From Rhodoferax sp. (GTDB taxonomy: Bacteria > Pseudomonadota > Gammaproteobacteria > Burkholderiales > Burkholderiaceae_C), in contig JBIIZY010000001.1 of the NCBI GenBank assembly GCA_044346035.1, positions 2,499 to 66,498 of the forward strand: a stretch of DNA of 64,000 nt, read 5' to 3'. Shown piece after piece: positions 42,044-53,503 of the stretch. The first letter of the stretch is position 1; the number at the start of each line of letters is the position of its first letter. The notes under the pieces are model-generated. The model did not search any database. It saw nothing but the letters and a program-made list of their open reading frames with translations, and had not been told where the DNA came from. The translations under genes and the position numbers were made by a program.

Positions 42044-44989
42044 ATGAAACGGATGCTGATCAACGCCACGCAGGCAGAAGAACGCCGCCTGGCCATCGTC
42101 GACGGACAAAAACTCCTCGACTACGAAATCGAAATTGAAGGGCGCGAGCAGCGCAAGGGCAACATCTACAAGGCGGTGGTAACCCGGGTAGAGCCATCGC
42201 TGGAAGCCTGTTTCGTTGATTACGGCGAAGACCGCCACGGCTTTCTGCCGTTCAAAGAAATCTCCAAAATGTATTTCCAGCAAGGTGTGTCGGCCAGCCA
42301 GGCGCGCATCCAGGACGCCATCCGCGAAGGTCAGGAGTTGCTGGTTCAAGTCGAGAAGGAAGAGCGCGGCAACAAAGGCGCCGCCTTGACCACCTTTGTG
42401 TCTTTGGCCGGGCGTTATGTGGTGCTGATGCCCAACAACCCACGCGGTGGTGGTGTAAGCCGCCGCATCGAGGGTGACGACCGCGCCGAGCTCAAAGAAG
42501 CGCTGGACCAGTTGGAATACCCCAACGGTATGTCCATCATCGCCCGCACAGCGGGCATCGGCCGCAGCGCACCCGAACTGCAATGGGACCTGAACTACCT
42601 GCTCAAACTTTGGAATGCCATCGACGGCGCGGCCAAAGGCGGCAAAGGCGCCTTCCTCATCTACCAAGAGTCGAGTTTGGTGATCCGCGCCATCCGGGAC
42701 TACTTCAACAACGACATTGGCGACATCCTGATCGACACCGACGACGTGTACGAACAGGCCCAGCAGTTCATGGCCCACGTCATGCCTGAGCATGCCGCCC
42801 GGGTAAAGCGTTACCGCGACAACGCGCCACTGTTTAGCCGCTTTCAGATCGAACACCAGATCGAATCAGCGTACGCACGCACGGTGCAACTGCCCTCCGG
42901 CGGCGCCATCGTGATCGACCACACCGAAGCCTTGGTGTCGGTGGATGTGAACTCAGCGCGCGCCATCAAGGGTGGCGACATTGAGGAGACCGCCACCCGC
43001 ACCAACCTGGAGGCTGCCGATGAAGTAGCGCGCCAGATGCGCCTGCGCGATTTGGGCGGCCTGATCGTGATCGACTTCATCGATATGGAGGAATCCCGCA
43101 ACCGCCGCGAAGTGGAGAACCGCTTGCGCGACGCCCTGCGTCAGGACCGCGCGCGCGTGCAGTTCGGCACCATCAGCAAGTTCGGTTTGATGGAAATGAG
43201 CCGCCAACGACTGCGCCCAGCGCTGTCAGAAGGTGCTTCCATCCCCTGTCCGCGCTGTGGTGGTTCCGGCCACATTCGCGACACCGAATCGAGTGCGTTG
43301 CAGATTCTGCGCATCATTCAAGAAGAGTCACTCAAGGACAACACTGCCTCCGTCTTGTGCCAGGTGCCCGTCGATGTGGCGTCCTTCCTGCTCAACGAAA
43401 AGCGTACCGAGATCGCCAAGATCGAACTCAAGCAGCGCATCAACGTGCTGATGGTGCCCAACAAGACCTTGGAGACGCCCAACTACAAGCTCGAGCGCCT
43501 CAAGCACGACGATCCGCGCCTAGACAACATCGAAGCCAGCTACAAGATGGCGGACGACATGGAAGAGGCCACTGGCGTAACCCGCCGCTTACAAGAGCCC
43601 ACCAACAAGCAAAGCCCCGTCATCAAGGGCGTGTTGCCCGATGCGCCCGCACCGGTTGCTCCCCCCAAACCAGAAGCGCCTCCCCTTGCGCCCGTGGCGG
43701 TGGCTGCGCCTGCGCCTGCGCCCGCAAAGACGCCTGCTCCATCTGGTTTCATGGCTTGGATTAAGCGTTTGTTGGGTGGCGATGCACCCGCGCCGCAGCC
43801 AAGCCGCGCCAGCGCTGCTCCGGTAACCAAGGCCGACGAAACCCGCGAGGGACGCAGCCCGCGCGATGGCAGCAGGTCTTCAGGCCGCAGCGGACGCGGT
43901 GAGGGCCGCAACAACGATGTGCGCGGCCGCAACGGACGTGGTGGCAGAGGTTCCGAGCGCCAAGCCGGCGCCGCAACGGAGACCGCGCAAGAAGCCCCAG
44001 CCCGTGAGCCACGCCAAGAGCGAGAGCCGCGCCAAGAGCGTGGACCACGTCAGGACCGTGGCAACCGCGCGGCACAGGGACGCAATGACGGATCGGAACG
44101 GCGCGACGAACGCCACCCTGCCACCCGGGACGAAGTGCGTGTGGACACGCCCCAAGACCGCGGCGATGCACCTCGCTCGGAGGATACCGGCAGCGAAAAC
44201 CGTGACGCACGCGAGGGGCGCGAAGGACGTGAGGGTGGCCGCGGTGGCCGTGGCCGTGGATCGCGCGGGCGCAGTGACCAAGGCCAACGCCCAAGTAACC
44301 CAAGTCCAGGCAACGCCGCAGGTGATGGCGCCCAAGGCGCGCTGGAGTTTGCATCGGACGCCGCTGCGGCGGCTTCGGCGCCAACCGCAGAGTCATCCGA
44401 GCGCAACGAAACAGGAGAAGCGCGGGAGAAGCGCAGCCGCGACCGCTACGGCCGCGAGCGCACGCCTCGCGGTGAACGGGGCAACCGCAACGAACGCGAA
44501 GACCGCACGACCGCCAACCCAGAGGCCACGCCAGTTGGCGCCGAGGATGCACGCCCGCAGCCCGGATCTGCATACGGCGCCAATGACAATGGCACTGCAC
44601 AAGCAAACACCGCCGCGAGCACCAACCCCGGCAGCGCAGCCCCAAGCAACTCCAGCCCAAGCCCGGCCCCGGCTGGGAGCGCCGTAGCCAAGCCCACGGC
44701 CAGTCCAGCGACTGCCCCCGCCAGCACCATGCCCGCAGTCGGTACGTTTGCGTTGCCCATGGATTCGCTGCAGGCCATTGCGAGCGACGCCGGTCTGCAG
44801 TGGGTCAATTCCGACGCGGCCAAGGTCGCTGCGGTACAAGCGGCGATCGCCGCTGAGCCAGCAGCCATCCATGTGCCCCGCGAGCGCCCGCCTGTGGTGG
44901 AAGCCGACACGGGGCCGCTGATTTTGGTAGAGACCAAGCGCTCGCTTGCCGACATGGCGCTTCCATTCGAGCCGCCGGCGAAAGGCTAA
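42044..44989 (+). CDS. rne: ribonuclease E
   Basis: [22 protein letters not shown]-terminus, S1 domain, catalytic N-terminal half, CPRCGGSG Zn-link. R/E/G/P-rich low-complexity C-terminal half. GAAGGA lies 9 nt before ATG 42044. Confidence 0.95.
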   Translation: MKRMLINATQAEERRLAIVDGQKLLDYEIEIEGREQRKGNIYKAVVTRVEPSLEACFVDYGEDRHGFLPFKEISKMYFQQGVSASQARIQDAIREGQELLVQVEKEERGNKGAALTTFVSLAGRYVVLMPNNPRGGGVSRRIEGDDRAELKEALDQLEYPNGMSIIARTAGIGRSAPELQWDLNYLLKLWNAIDGAAKGGKGAFLIYQESSLVIRAIRDYFNNDIGDILIDTDDVYEQAQQFMAHVMPEHAARVKRYRDNAPLFSRFQIEHQIESAYARTVQLPSGGAIVIDHTEALVSVDVNSARAIKGGDIEETATRTNLEAADEVARQMRLRDLGGLIVIDFIDMEESRNRREVENRLRDALRQDRARVQFGTISKFGLMEMSRQRLRPALSEGASIPCPRCGGSGHIRDTESSALQILRIIQEESLKDNTASVLCQVPVDVASFLLNEKRTEIAKIELKQRINVLMVPNKTLETPNYKLERLKHDDPRLDNIEASYKMADDMEEATGVTRRLQEPTNKQSPVIKGVLPDAPAPVAPPKPEAPPLAPVAVAAPAPAPAKTPAPSGFMAWIKRLLGGDAPAPQPSRASAAPVTKADETREGRSPRDGSRSSGRSGRGEGRNNDVRGRNGRGGRGSERQAGAATETAQEAPAREPRQEREPRQERGPRQDRGNRAAQGRNDGSERRDERHPATRDEVRVDTPQDRGDAPRSEDTGSENRDAREGREGREGGRGGRGRGSRGRSDQGQRPSNPSPGNAAGDGAQGALEFASDAAAAASAPTAESSERNETGEAREKRSRDRYGRERTPRGERGNRNEREDRTTANPEATPVGAEDARPQPGSAYGANDNGTAQANTAASTNPGSAAPSNSSPSPAPAGSAVAKPTASPATAPASTMPAVGTFALPMDSLQAIASDAGLQWVNSDAAKVAAVQAAIAAEPAAIHVPRERPPVVEADTGPLILVETKRSLADMALPFEPPAKG

Positions 44990-45073
44990 GCGCGCGTCCC
45001 GGCCAGTGCAACTGTGCTGGGACCACGTTAAGCCAACTGCGTGCAAGCGAGCGCTGCAATGGCGCCCGCCAAC

Positions 45074-45100
45074 AAAAAAGGGCCCTCGGGCCCTTTTTTT
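45074..45100. terminator. bidirectional rho-independent terminator between convergent rne and the GGDEF gene
   Basis: AAAAAA-GGGCC-CTCG-GGCCC-TTTTTTT. Confidence 0.8.
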
Positions 45101-45117
45101 CTGTGCGTGGCAAGCGG

Positions 45118-46194
45118 TTAAAACAAATCAACCGCGCCGACTTTGGTCACCCCGTCGAGCAAACCTTGGCGGACCAAATCGGCGTGGCCGAACACCCGGT
45201 TGCCTCCTTGGTGCTGGGCGTAGTCGACCGCACGCTCAGCACGCTCCAACGCAGTGCTGGGGGAGTCGTCCGGTGAGACCCGGGTGAAACCACCGCAAAC
45301 CGTCACCGAACCGACCTGGGGGAAATTGAACTTGGCCACGTTGGCGCGCAAGCGTTCGAACGCGGCAAGCACCAAGGCCTCGTCGGGGCAGTGCATCAAC
45401 ACCGCAAACTGCTCCCCGCCGAGCCGGTACAAACGGTCGTAGGTGCGAAAGGTGTTGGCAAGCACGCGCGCAACCAGCAGCAAAACTTCCTCAGCGATCA
45501 AGTGGCCGTGCTGGTCAGAGATGGCTGCAAACCCGTCAACGCTGACGGTGCCCAGCCAGTAATTGGGTGGCACCCGGTGGCGGCGCTCTTGGCCCGGCTG
45601 GACCTGCGCTTCGAGCAAGTGCGCGCTGGCCGCTGCACCGGCGTCGAGCTCGTCGAGCACCGCGCTGTAAAACGTGTCATCCAAGGACTTGCGGTTGAGC
45701 AGCCCGGTGAGACCGTCGCGGTCGCTGTACGCCAGCAGGTGGTACATGTTGCGAAACACGTGCCGCAAGCGCCCGATGGCGTCGAGCTCCTCGGGTGCAA
45801 GCAGGCCACCCGCATGAATCTCCACAACACAGTCGGCGTCATCGCGGGAGGCGTCCAACAGTGGCAAATAGGTGATGCGCGGCCCATCTTCGCCAGCCCA
45901 GGCGAACACCACGGGTGAGCGCTCCTTGAGGCATTGCACGCGCTGCTTAAAGTCCTCCAGCAGGGGAAGCTTTGCAAACTCCACCCGCAACGGGTCCGCC
46001 ACCTTGCCACCACCGCGCGCGTCCAGCGTAGCCACTTCCAGCCAACGGCCCACGCCCTCCTCGCTGACCGCCTTGGCAATGACCACACGCTGCAGGGGCA
46101 GCAGGTCAATCAAGGCTTTGGCCAGGGTCAGTTCGAGCAGATCGCGTTCGCGGTGATCGGTTAGCTTGATGAGGTGTTCGGTCAGTGTGGCCAT
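45118..46194 (-). CDS. diguanylate cyclase (GGDEF) with uncharacterised ~190-aa N-terminal domain
   Basis: GGEQF active site preceded by I-site RTYD five residues upstream, and DGLTGLLNRKS. ATG 46194 (MATLTEHL...). Confidence 0.85.
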   Translation of the reverse strand: MATLTEHLIKLTDHRERDLLELTLAKALIDLLPLQRVVIAKAVSEEGVGRWLEVATLDARGGGKVADPLRVEFAKLPLLEDFKQRVQCLKERSPVVFAWAGEDGPRITYLPLLDASRDDADCVVEIHAGGLLAPEELDAIGRLRHVFRNMYHLLAYSDRDGLTGLLNRKSLDDTFYSAVLDELDAGAAASAHLLEAQVQPGQERRHRVPPNYWLGTVSVDGFAAISDQHGHLIAEEVLLLVARVLANTFRTYDRLYRLGGEQFAVLMHCPDEALVLAAFERLRANVAKFNFPQVGSVTVCGGFTRVSPDDSPSTALERAERAVDYAQHQGGNRVFGHADLVRQGLLDGVTKVGAVDLF

Positions 46195-46263
46195 AAAAAC
46201 ATAATAGCCCCGAATGCAGCCTGCGTCACCCGACCAAACCCGAGGCAGCACCGGCCAAACACA

Positions 46264-47571
46264 TCAGGTTTTGGCCGACTCCTTGAGCGCCTGTTGGTAG
46301 GCGTGGGTGGCTACGTCGGGCTCGTTGCGCTGCTCGGCCATGCGCGCCAATGCATGCCACGCGTCACGCTTGAGCCGTTGATCCTGCAGCAGAGACAAAG
46401 ACTGCTTGAGCAGTTGCTGGGCCTTGCCCCACAGGCTCAAACGCATGCAGGCCATACCGGCCAAATACTGCAGCACCGGATCCCTGGGCCGCGCCATCTG
46501 GGCGGCCTCGATCCGGCCAAGCCAGTGCGCGTCGGGCGGGTCGCCGTGCTCGCCAAATCCACGCTCCAGAATGCGCACCATCCGCACCCACTGGGTGGCT
46601 GTGGGCTCGTTGGTCTGCTGCGCGGCGCGCTGCACCCACTGCTCCCAAACCGGCGCAACCCACTGCCGCGATAGGTCTGCACTGCCGCCAAGTTCCAGCA
46701 AGCGTTCTGCGGCCTGCATGGCCACGTCAGGTAGGAGCCGCTCGGACAAATCCAACTGCTGCCAGGCCCGCTCCAGTTGGGTTGGGTCGTGCGCCGCCAT
46801 CACGTGCTCTAGCGCAAGGCCGCGCGCAATGCTCTTGCCAGCCATTTCGGAGAACGCCCGGTGTTTTGTCAAAACCCGCGCGTACTCCAGCGCCAGCACC
46901 GGCTGGCGCGACAAGCGCGCGGCCTTGAAGCGCAAACGCAAGGCCACCGTACGGCGCGACGCGCCCTGCGACAGGCGCTCCAACCACTCCAAGGACTTGC
47001 CAGGGTCTCGGTCGTCAAAGGCCCATCGCGCTGCCCGCAGGTACACGCCATCGCACAACTCCACAGCATCACGCGAGGTTGCGCGGTCCAGTGCCTGTTG
47101 CAAATGCCCATCGCGCACTGCGCGGTCTTGCAGCGCGTGCGCGGCCTCAGCGGCTAAAAGGTGTGCCATAACATGCAATGCGTCCGCATGCGCTAGGGCT
47201 TCCCCGGAGCGCGCCATCGAGCCCTCCAAAGTCACCACCAGTTCTGCCGCCTTGCGCGCCCGAATAAAGCGTCCGCCCGCCAGATGGGAGAGCGATTCGA
47301 GCAAAGCGCCGGCAATCGCACGCTCCTTTTGCTGCAAGCGCCAGCGCCTGGCTTGACGGGGGATACCAAACATTGCAGCCACGCCACGCAGAAAAAGATG
47401 GCCGGCCACGAAGCACGCAAGCAGCACCAGCAGCACCAAATTGAGCGAAAGGTCCACCCGGTGGGGCGCCCAATACAGCGTCACGGTACCCGGGTTGCTC
47501 CCGGCGAACTGCGCGGTCGCCGCAGCCACCGCAAACAAGCCCAACAACCAAAGTGCCAGCCGCATGTTCAA
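46264..47571 (-). CDS. hemY: HemY-like membrane TPR protein
   Basis: Two N-terminal TM segments then a helical-repeat region. Last gene of the hemC-D-X-Y order. Confidence 0.75.
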   Translation of the reverse strand: MNMRLALWLLGLFAVAAATAQFAGSNPGTVTLYWAPHRVDLSLNLVLLVLLACFVAGHLFLRGVAAMFGIPRQARRWRLQQKERAIAGALLESLSHLAGGRFIRARKAAELVVTLEGSMARSGEALAHADALHVMAHLLAAEAAHALQDRAVRDGHLQQALDRATSRDAVELCDGVYLRAARWAFDDRDPGKSLEWLERLSQGASRRTVALRLRFKAARLSRQPVLALEYARVLTKHRAFSEMAGKSIARGLALEHVMAAHDPTQLERAWQQLDLSERLLPDVAMQAAERLLELGGSADLSRQWVAPVWEQWVQRAAQQTNEPTATQWVRMVRILERGFGEHGDPPDAHWLGRIEAAQMARPRDPVLQYLAGMACMRLSLWGKAQQLLKQSLSLLQDQRLKRDAWHALARMAEQRNEPDVATHAYQQALKESAKT

Positions 47572-48749
47572 CGTCCCGCAGCGGCTGTGGAAAGCGCAGC
47601 CAGGGTCTCGTCAATGCGCGGGATCTCCAGCGACTGCATTTGCCCCTGCGCCTGCGCCAGGCCCTGCATTGCAGACTGGGTTTTCCGAGAGCCGCCGTCA
47701 AAGTAGCGCTGCAACAAAAGACCTGCCTTGGCCAGGTCCGAGCGGGCGGAATCGATCTGGCGTGAGAGCAGGCCCAGGCGCGCATTGAGCAGTAGCAGCT
47801 TGAGGTTTTCGCGCAAGAAAAACGCCTGCTCAGGGGCCAACAGTGCAGCCTCGGGCTGCTCGATGCGACCCACCCGCACCAGTGCGCGCAGTTCTTCGCC
47901 CACCACTGCAACCAGCCGATCCCACCAGGAGCTAAGCGGCTCGTCTCCACGGGGCTTGGGCGTCTGAGCGGCCTGCGCCGGCGGGGCATTGCCCAGCGGC
48001 AAATCATCGATCTGCTTGACCAGGTCATCGAGCCGAGCCAGCAGCGCCGGCGTGTCGGCCAAGGCAGTGGATTTGACGCGCGCAATATCACGGCCAATGG
48101 CGCGCTGCAGGCGTGACAGCCGGGGCTGCGCAGCACGGGCGATGCGACCCTCGGCGCTCTTGAGTGCGGCGAGCAAGGGCTCCAGGCTGCCGGTGAGCTG
48201 GGCTTGCTGTTGCGCCAGGCGCAAGGCCGATTCAATATCGACCACCAGATTCTCATCGCGCGAGCGGGCCAGGCTTTGCATCAGCTCCTCAAGCTGGCTG
48301 CGTTGCAAGGACACCTCGGCCAAGCGTGCCTGCACGACCGACAGCTTGGCCGCCGTGTCCAGGGACAGGTCTTGTGCCTGCTTGGCAAACGCATGGGCCT
48401 GCGCGGCTTGGTTGGCGGTGTCGGCGCTTTGGCGGGCCAGTTGCTCTTGCATGTCGCCCAACCGTTGCCAAGCCATCACCGCGCCCAACGCACCGGCCAC
48501 AGCCACGGCCCCAACGATGCCGAGCAGCGTTTTGAGGTGCTTGTCGTTGGGCGAGGCGAGCGGCTCGGGTGGAAGTGGCTCGGGCGGAAGGTGCGCCGAA
48601 GGTGCTTCGGCGTCGGCCGATCCGGGCGCCACGGGAGCTGCCTCGGCTTCAGCGCCCGTACCCGCCGCCAGAGTGGAAGGCGCCGCAGTTTCCGGCGTGG
48701 CCGCGTTGGCCGCATGGGAGCCAGCAGGGGCCGCAGGGTCGGATTTCAT
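47568..48749 (-). CDS. hemX: HemX-like membrane protein (often annotated uroporphyrinogen-III C-methyltransferase)
   Basis: A/P-rich N-terminus, one TM, coiled-coil periplasmic part. Lies between hemD and hemY; 4-nt overlaps on both sides. Confidence 0.7.
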   Translation of the reverse strand: MKSDPAAPAGSHAANAATPETAAPSTLAAGTGAEAEAAPVAPGSADAEAPSAHLPPEPLPPEPLASPNDKHLKTLLGIVGAVAVAGALGAVMAWQRLGDMQEQLARQSADTANQAAQAHAFAKQAQDLSLDTAAKLSVVQARLAEVSLQRSQLEELMQSLARSRDENLVVDIESALRLAQQQAQLTGSLEPLLAALKSAEGRIARAAQPRLSRLQRAIGRDIARVKSTALADTPALLARLDDLVKQIDDLPLGNAPPAQAAQTPKPRGDEPLSSWWDRLVAVVGEELRALVRVGRIEQPEAALLAPEQAFFLRENLKLLLLNARLGLLSRQIDSARSDLAKAGLLLQRYFDGGSRKTQSAMQGLAQAQGQMQSLEIPRIDETLAALSTAAAGR

Positions 48750-49594
48750 GGCATCGATTCTATCGACGCAAGCACCTGCTCCAACGCCGGGCGGGACTCC
48801 CGGACACTGCCAAATCCCAGTGCACGCGCAGCATCAGCAATGCGGGGGTGGGTAGCCAGCGCACGCGCTGCGTGCCAGCGCACCGTGGGACACAGCAGGC
48901 CCAAATTGCGGATCGCCTCGGAGCTGCTAAACAGCCACAGCGTACCGTCGTGCGCGGCTTCACGTACCAAGTTCAGCGCGGGTTCATCGAGCACCGGCAG
49001 GCCGCGCTGGTACGCAACCACAAACTCGACCTGCGCCCCGGCGCTGCGCGCCTGCTCGGCAAACCAATCACGACCTGCGCCTTGTGCCGCACCCTCGGTG
49101 TGCTGCGCGTCACCCTCGTGGTGCTGCGCGTCACCCTCGGGGTGCTGCGCCTGCGCCCCAAGGTCGCGCACATTCGCAAGCGCGCCGCCGCGCACCACCA
49201 GCACCCGGTAGCCCGGCACCACCTTGGCGCCCACCACAGACCACAGCGCCTCCGAATCGAACTGCCCGTGCGCTGCACTGGGGACATCGACCTGGCCCGG
49301 CTGCACCCCACAGCGGGACAGCGCAGCCGCGCTGCCCGCGCCGGTCACAAAGGCGCGGGCGGTGAAAGGCATGCCTGCGGGACGCAACGCAAAAAAATGG
49401 TCAATCGCGCTGGCGCTGACAAACATCACCGCGTCATAGGTGTGCAAGGCCCGCCATGCGCGCAGCACAGGCTGCGGGTCGCGGGGCGGGTGAATCTCGA
49501 TCAACGCGAGCTCCTGCACCACGTGTCCGCGTTGGCGCAAGGCCTGTGTCCAGGGTTGTGCCTGCGCCGTGGCGCGGGTCAGGAGCAGACGCAT
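48746..49594 (-). CDS. hemD: uroporphyrinogen-III synthase
   Basis: MRLLLTRATAQAQPW..., HemD-like two-lobe layout. Follows hemC. Confidence 0.8.
   Translation of the reverse strand: MRLLLTRATAQAQPWTQALRQRGHVVQELALIEIHPPRDPQPVLRAWRALHTYDAVMFVSASAIDHFFALRPAGMPFTARAFVTGAGSAAALSRCGVQPGQVDVPSAAHGQFDSEALWSVVGAKVVPGYRVLVVRGGALANVRDLGAQAQHPEGDAQHHEGDAQHTEGAAQGAGRDWFAEQARSAGAQVEFVVAYQRGLPVLDEPALNLVREAAHDGTLWLFSSSEAIRNLGLLCPTVRWHAARALATHPRIADAARALGFGSVRESRPALEQVLASIESMP
49090..49152. repeat. 21-bp x3 imperfect tandem repeat, in-frame inside hemD
   Basis: caccctcggtgtgctgcgcgt / caccctcgtggtgctgcgcgt / caccctcggggtgctgcgcct. Encodes the heptad series within AQHPEGDAQHHEGDAQHTEGAAQ on the minus strand. 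Confidence 0.9.
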
Positions 49595-49596
49595 CG

Positions 49597-50514
49597 CTAG
49601 CGCTGTGGCCCCAACGCGGCCACCGCCCGCTGCAAATCACCGGCCACGGCCTCGCCGAGCGCCACGGCGCTGGCGGTGTCATGCACCGGCGCGCTGCCTT
49701 CGGCCTTTACCAAAGCGTGTTGCCCCTGGGGGTCGCCCCAGGCGGCGTCCAGATGCAAGACCGGGCCATTCCAGGTGGCGTGCGCTGCCAGTGGCATTGA
49801 GCAACTGCCACCCATCACGCGGCTGACCGCCCGCTCGGCGCAGACCACCAGCCAGGTGGCTGGGTGCATCAGAGGCGCCAGTGCCTGCACCACGTCGGAG
49901 CGGTGGCTGCGCACCTCAATGCCGAGCGCGCCTTGCCCAGCGGCGGGGAGCATCTGCCCAGTCTCAAACACAGCGCGGATGCGCGCCTCCAGACCCAGCC
50001 GCTTGAGCCCTGCTGCCGCCAGCACGATGCCGTCGTACAGCCCTTCGTCGAGCTTGCGCAGCCGGGTATCCAAGTTGCCCCGCAAGGCCTCGATGCGCAG
50101 ATCTGGACGCAGCGCACGCAGCAGCGCCATGCGGCGCAGACTGGAGGTACCCACCACGGCGCCCTGCGGCAGCTCCTCGATGCTGGCGTAGCGCCCCGAC
50201 ACCCATGCATCACGCGGGTCTTCGCGCTCCATGACGCAAGCCAGCGCGAAACCCTGGGGTAACTCCATGGGCACATCTTTGAGGGAATGCACGGCCAGAT
50301 CGGCGCGCCCGTCCTCCAGCGCCGCTTCCAGCTCCTTGACAAACAAGCCCTTGCCGCCCACCTTGCTCAAGGCACGGTCCAAGATTTGGTCGCCCTGCGT
50401 GGTCATGCCCAACAGCGTGACGGAGTGGCCCGCGCGTTCCAGCAGCGCTTTGACATGTTCGGCCTGCCACAGGGCCAGGCGGCTTTCGCGGGTTGCGATG
50501 GTGAAGTGTTGCAT
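49597..50514 (-). CDS. hemC: hydroxymethylbilane synthase (porphobilinogen deaminase)
   Basis: [22 protein letters not shown]-terminus. ATG 50514. Confidence 0.93.
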   Translation of the reverse strand: MQHFTIATRESRLALWQAEHVKALLERAGHSVTLLGMTTQGDQILDRALSKVGGKGLFVKELEAALEDGRADLAVHSLKDVPMELPQGFALACVMEREDPRDAWVSGRYASIEELPQGAVVGTSSLRRMALLRALRPDLRIEALRGNLDTRLRKLDEGLYDGIVLAAAGLKRLGLEARIRAVFETGQMLPAAGQGALGIEVRSHRSDVVQALAPLMHPATWLVVCAERAVSRVMGGSCSMPLAAHATWNGPVLHLDAAWGDPQGQHALVKAEGSAPVHDTASAVALGEAVAGDLQRAVAALGPQR

Positions 50515-50527
50515 GGAGGTAAGGCCT

Positions 50528-50560
50528 CGGTGACGGCGTGGTAACGGCCTGGTAACGGCG
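50528..50560. repeat. three 11-bp-phased direct repeats (TG(GT)AACGGC) in the 58-bp hemC/ppc divergent spacer
   Basis: ggtgacggcg tggtaacggcc tggtaacggcg, read directly. Confidence 0.6.
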
Positions 50561-50572
50561 TGCTGGGCGGCG

Positions 50573-53437
50573 ATGCTAGCATGGCCCACCATGAAAAACG
50601 CTGCCTCCAATCCCTCTGCAACAGCCCCATCCACAGCAGCGCTCGCGGGTCAAAAAGCCAAGGAGCGGCCGCTGGTGGAAGACATCCGTTTGCTGGGCCG
50701 CATCTTGGGTGATGTGATCCGCGAACAAGAGGGCGTGGAAGCCTACGAATTGATCGAGCAAATTCGCAAGTGGTCGGTCGCTTTTCGCCGCGATGCCGAC
50801 CAAGCGGCAGACAAGGCCCTCAAGAAACTGCTCAAGGGCTTGAGCAGTGACCAGACGGTCAGTGTGATTCGTGCATTTACCTATTTCAGCCATTTGGCCA
50901 ACCTCGCCGAAGACCGCCACCACATCCGCCGCCGCGCCGTGCACGAACGCGCTGGTGAAACCCAAGAAGGCAGTCTGGAGGTGGCGCTGCAGCGGCTGCG
51001 CTGGGCCGGCATCACGCCAAAGAGCATCTCCAACACCTTGGCCCAAAGCTACGTCGCACCGGTGCTAACCGCCCACCCTACCGAGGTGCAGCGCAAGAGC
51101 ATCTTGGACGCCGAACGTGGTATCGCGCTGCTGCTGGCGGCGCGCGACGACATCCGACAACGCGCCAGCGCCTACCAAGGCAAAAAAGATGCACTGACCC
51201 CCCGCGAACTGGCGGCCAACGAAGCGCAGATCCGCGCCCGTGTGATGCAGCTCTGGCAAACCCGGCTGCTGCGCTACAGCAAGCTCACCGTCTCCGACGA
51301 GGTTGAAAACGCGCTGAGCTACTACGAGTCGACTTTTTTGCGCGAAATTCCCAAGCTCTACGCCGAGCTCGAACACCTGCTGGGCCAACAGCCGGTACAC
51401 AGCTTCCTGCGCATGGGCCAGTGGATTGGGGGTGACCGCGACGGCAATCCCAACGTCAGTGCCCAAACGCTGGAGTACGCACTGCGCCGCCAGTCCGAGG
51501 TGGCGCTGCGGCACTACCTTACCGAGGTGCACTACCTGGGCAGCGAGCTGTCGATCTCGGCCATGCTCAACCGCTGCACTCCCGAACTGCAGGCGCTGGC
51601 CGACGCCTCGCCGGACCGCAATGCACACCGCCAGGACGAGCCGTACCGTAAAGCGCTGATCGGCATGTACGCCCGCCTGGCCGCGACGCTGCAAGAACTC
51701 ACGGGCACCAGCGCTGCACGCCACGCGGTCCCTCCCCAGAACCCCTACCTGCGTGCAGAAGACTTTTGCGCCGATCTGCGCACCATCGCGCACTCACTCA
51801 AAACCCACTTCGCGGGTGCGCTGGTAGGGCAGCGCTTGCACCCCTTGATGCGCGCGGTCGAGGTATTCGGTTTTCACCTTGCCACCGTCGATCTGCGCCA
51901 AAGCTCGGACAAGCACGAAGAAGTGGTCGCCGAGCTGCTGGCCACCGCGCGAATTGAAGCGCACTACGCCTCCCTGGACGAAGCCACCAAGCGCACCCTT
52001 CTGCTGCAACTGCTGAACGATGCGCGCCCCTTGCGGGTGCACGGTGCGCAGTACTCGGACCACCTGCGCTCCGAGCTGGCCATTTTTGCGATGGCCAAAG
52101 ACATGCGCGCGCGCTTCGGGCACGAGGCCATTCGCCACTACATCATCAGCCACACCGAGACGGTGAGCGACCTGCTGGAAGTGCTGTTGCTGCAAAAAGA
52201 AGTGGGGCTGGTGCGCGGCACCCTCGATACGCAGGCAAGCAGCGACCTGATTGTGGTGCCCCTGTTCGAGACCATCGAGGACCTGCGCAATGCAGCTCCC
52301 ATCATGCGCGAGTTTTACGCCGTGCCTGGGGTTGCCGCGCTGGTGCAGCGCAGTGGTGCCGAGCAGGACATCATGCTGGGCTACTCCGACAGCAACAAAG
52401 ACGGCGGCATCTTCACCAGCAACTGGGAGCTGTACCGGGCCGAAATCGCGCTGGTGGAGTTGTTCAACCAGTTGGCGGCCAGCCACAAAATCACGCTGCG
52501 CATGTTCCATGGCCGCGGCGGTACGGTGGGGCGCGGGGGCGGCCCCAGCTACGAGGCCATCCTGGCGCAACCGCCGGGAACGGTGCGCGGGCAGATTCGC
52601 TTAACCGAACAGGGCGAAGTGATTGGCTCCAAGTACGCCAACCCCGAGATCGGACGGCGCAACCTTGAAACCTTGGTGGCCGCCACACTGGAGGCCACGC
52701 TGCTGCAACCCACCAAGTCGGCCAGCAAGGCTTTTTTGGACGCCGCCGCCGAGCTGTCGGCCAGCAGCATGGCGGCATACCGCGCGCTCGTGTACGAGAC
52801 GCCGGGCTTTAGCGAGTATTTTTTCAGCGCCACGCCGCTGCGCGAAATTGCCGAACTCAACATCGGCTCGCGCCCCGCGTCCCGCAAACCGTCGCAGCGC
52901 ATCGAAGACCTGCGCGCCATTCCATGGGGCTTTAGCTGGGGCCAAAGCCGCCTCACGCTGCCAGGCTGGTTTGGCTTTGGCTCTGCCGTGGCGGCGTTCA
53001 CCCGCTGCGACACGCCGCAGCAAAGTGCGCAGCGTTTGGCATTGCTGCAAAAAATGGTCAAGCAGTGGCCATTTTTCAAAACCTTGCTCTCGAACATGGA
53101 CATGGTGATGGCCAAAAGCGATATGGCCCTGGCTTCGCGGTACGCCGAGCTGGTGGCCGACGCCAAGCTGCGAAAGCGCATCTTCGCGGCGATTGAAAGC
53201 GAGTGGCATGCCACTGCGCAGGCGCTGTCTGCAATCACCGGGGACAAGCAGCGCCTGAGCCAAAACGCGGCTTTACAGCGCTCCATCCGCCACCGCTTTC
53301 CCTATATCGACCCGCTACACCACCTGCAGGTGGAGTTGGTGCGCCGCTACCGCGCGGGCATCACCGACGAGCGGGTCAAACGCGGCATCCACATTTCCAT
53401 CAACGGCATCGCCGCGGGCTTGCGCAACACGGGCTGA
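50573..53437 (+). CDS. ppc: phosphoenolpyruvate carboxylase
   Basis: [32 protein letters not shown] and C-terminal NTG. Alternative start ATG 50591. Confidence 0.96.
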   Translation: MLAWPTMKNAASNPSATAPSTAALAGQKAKERPLVEDIRLLGRILGDVIREQEGVEAYELIEQIRKWSVAFRRDADQAADKALKKLLKGLSSDQTVSVIRAFTYFSHLANLAEDRHHIRRRAVHERAGETQEGSLEVALQRLRWAGITPKSISNTLAQSYVAPVLTAHPTEVQRKSILDAERGIALLLAARDDIRQRASAYQGKKDALTPRELAANEAQIRARVMQLWQTRLLRYSKLTVSDEVENALSYYESTFLREIPKLYAELEHLLGQQPVHSFLRMGQWIGGDRDGNPNVSAQTLEYALRRQSEVALRHYLTEVHYLGSELSISAMLNRCTPELQALADASPDRNAHRQDEPYRKALIGMYARLAATLQELTGTSAARHAVPPQNPYLRAEDFCADLRTIAHSLKTHFAGALVGQRLHPLMRAVEVFGFHLATVDLRQSSDKHEEVVAELLATARIEAHYASLDEATKRTLLLQLLNDARPLRVHGAQYSDHLRSELAIFAMAKDMRARFGHEAIRHYIISHTETVSDLLEVLLLQKEVGLVRGTLDTQASSDLIVVPLFETIEDLRNAAPIMREFYAVPGVAALVQRSGAEQDIMLGYSDSNKDGGIFTSNWELYRAEIALVELFNQLAASHKITLRMFHGRGGTVGRGGGPSYEAILAQPPGTVRGQIRLTEQGEVIGSKYANPEIGRRNLETLVAATLEATLLQPTKSASKAFLDAAAELSASSMAAYRALVYETPGFSEYFFSATPLREIAELNIGSRPASRKPSQRIEDLRAIPWGFSWGQSRLTLPGWFGFGSAVAAFTRCDTPQQSAQRLALLQKMVKQWPFFKTLLSNMDMVMAKSDMALASRYAELVADAKLRKRIFAAIESEWHATAQALSAITGDKQRLSQNAALQRSIRHRFPYIDPLHHLQVELVRRYRAGITDERVKRGIHISINGIAAGLRNTG

Positions 53438-53503
53438 AACGCTGCGCCGCGCGGGTACGCCAGCGCGATGAAGAAGCGGGTTGTGGCGGTCGGGCTGCTT
53501 GGA

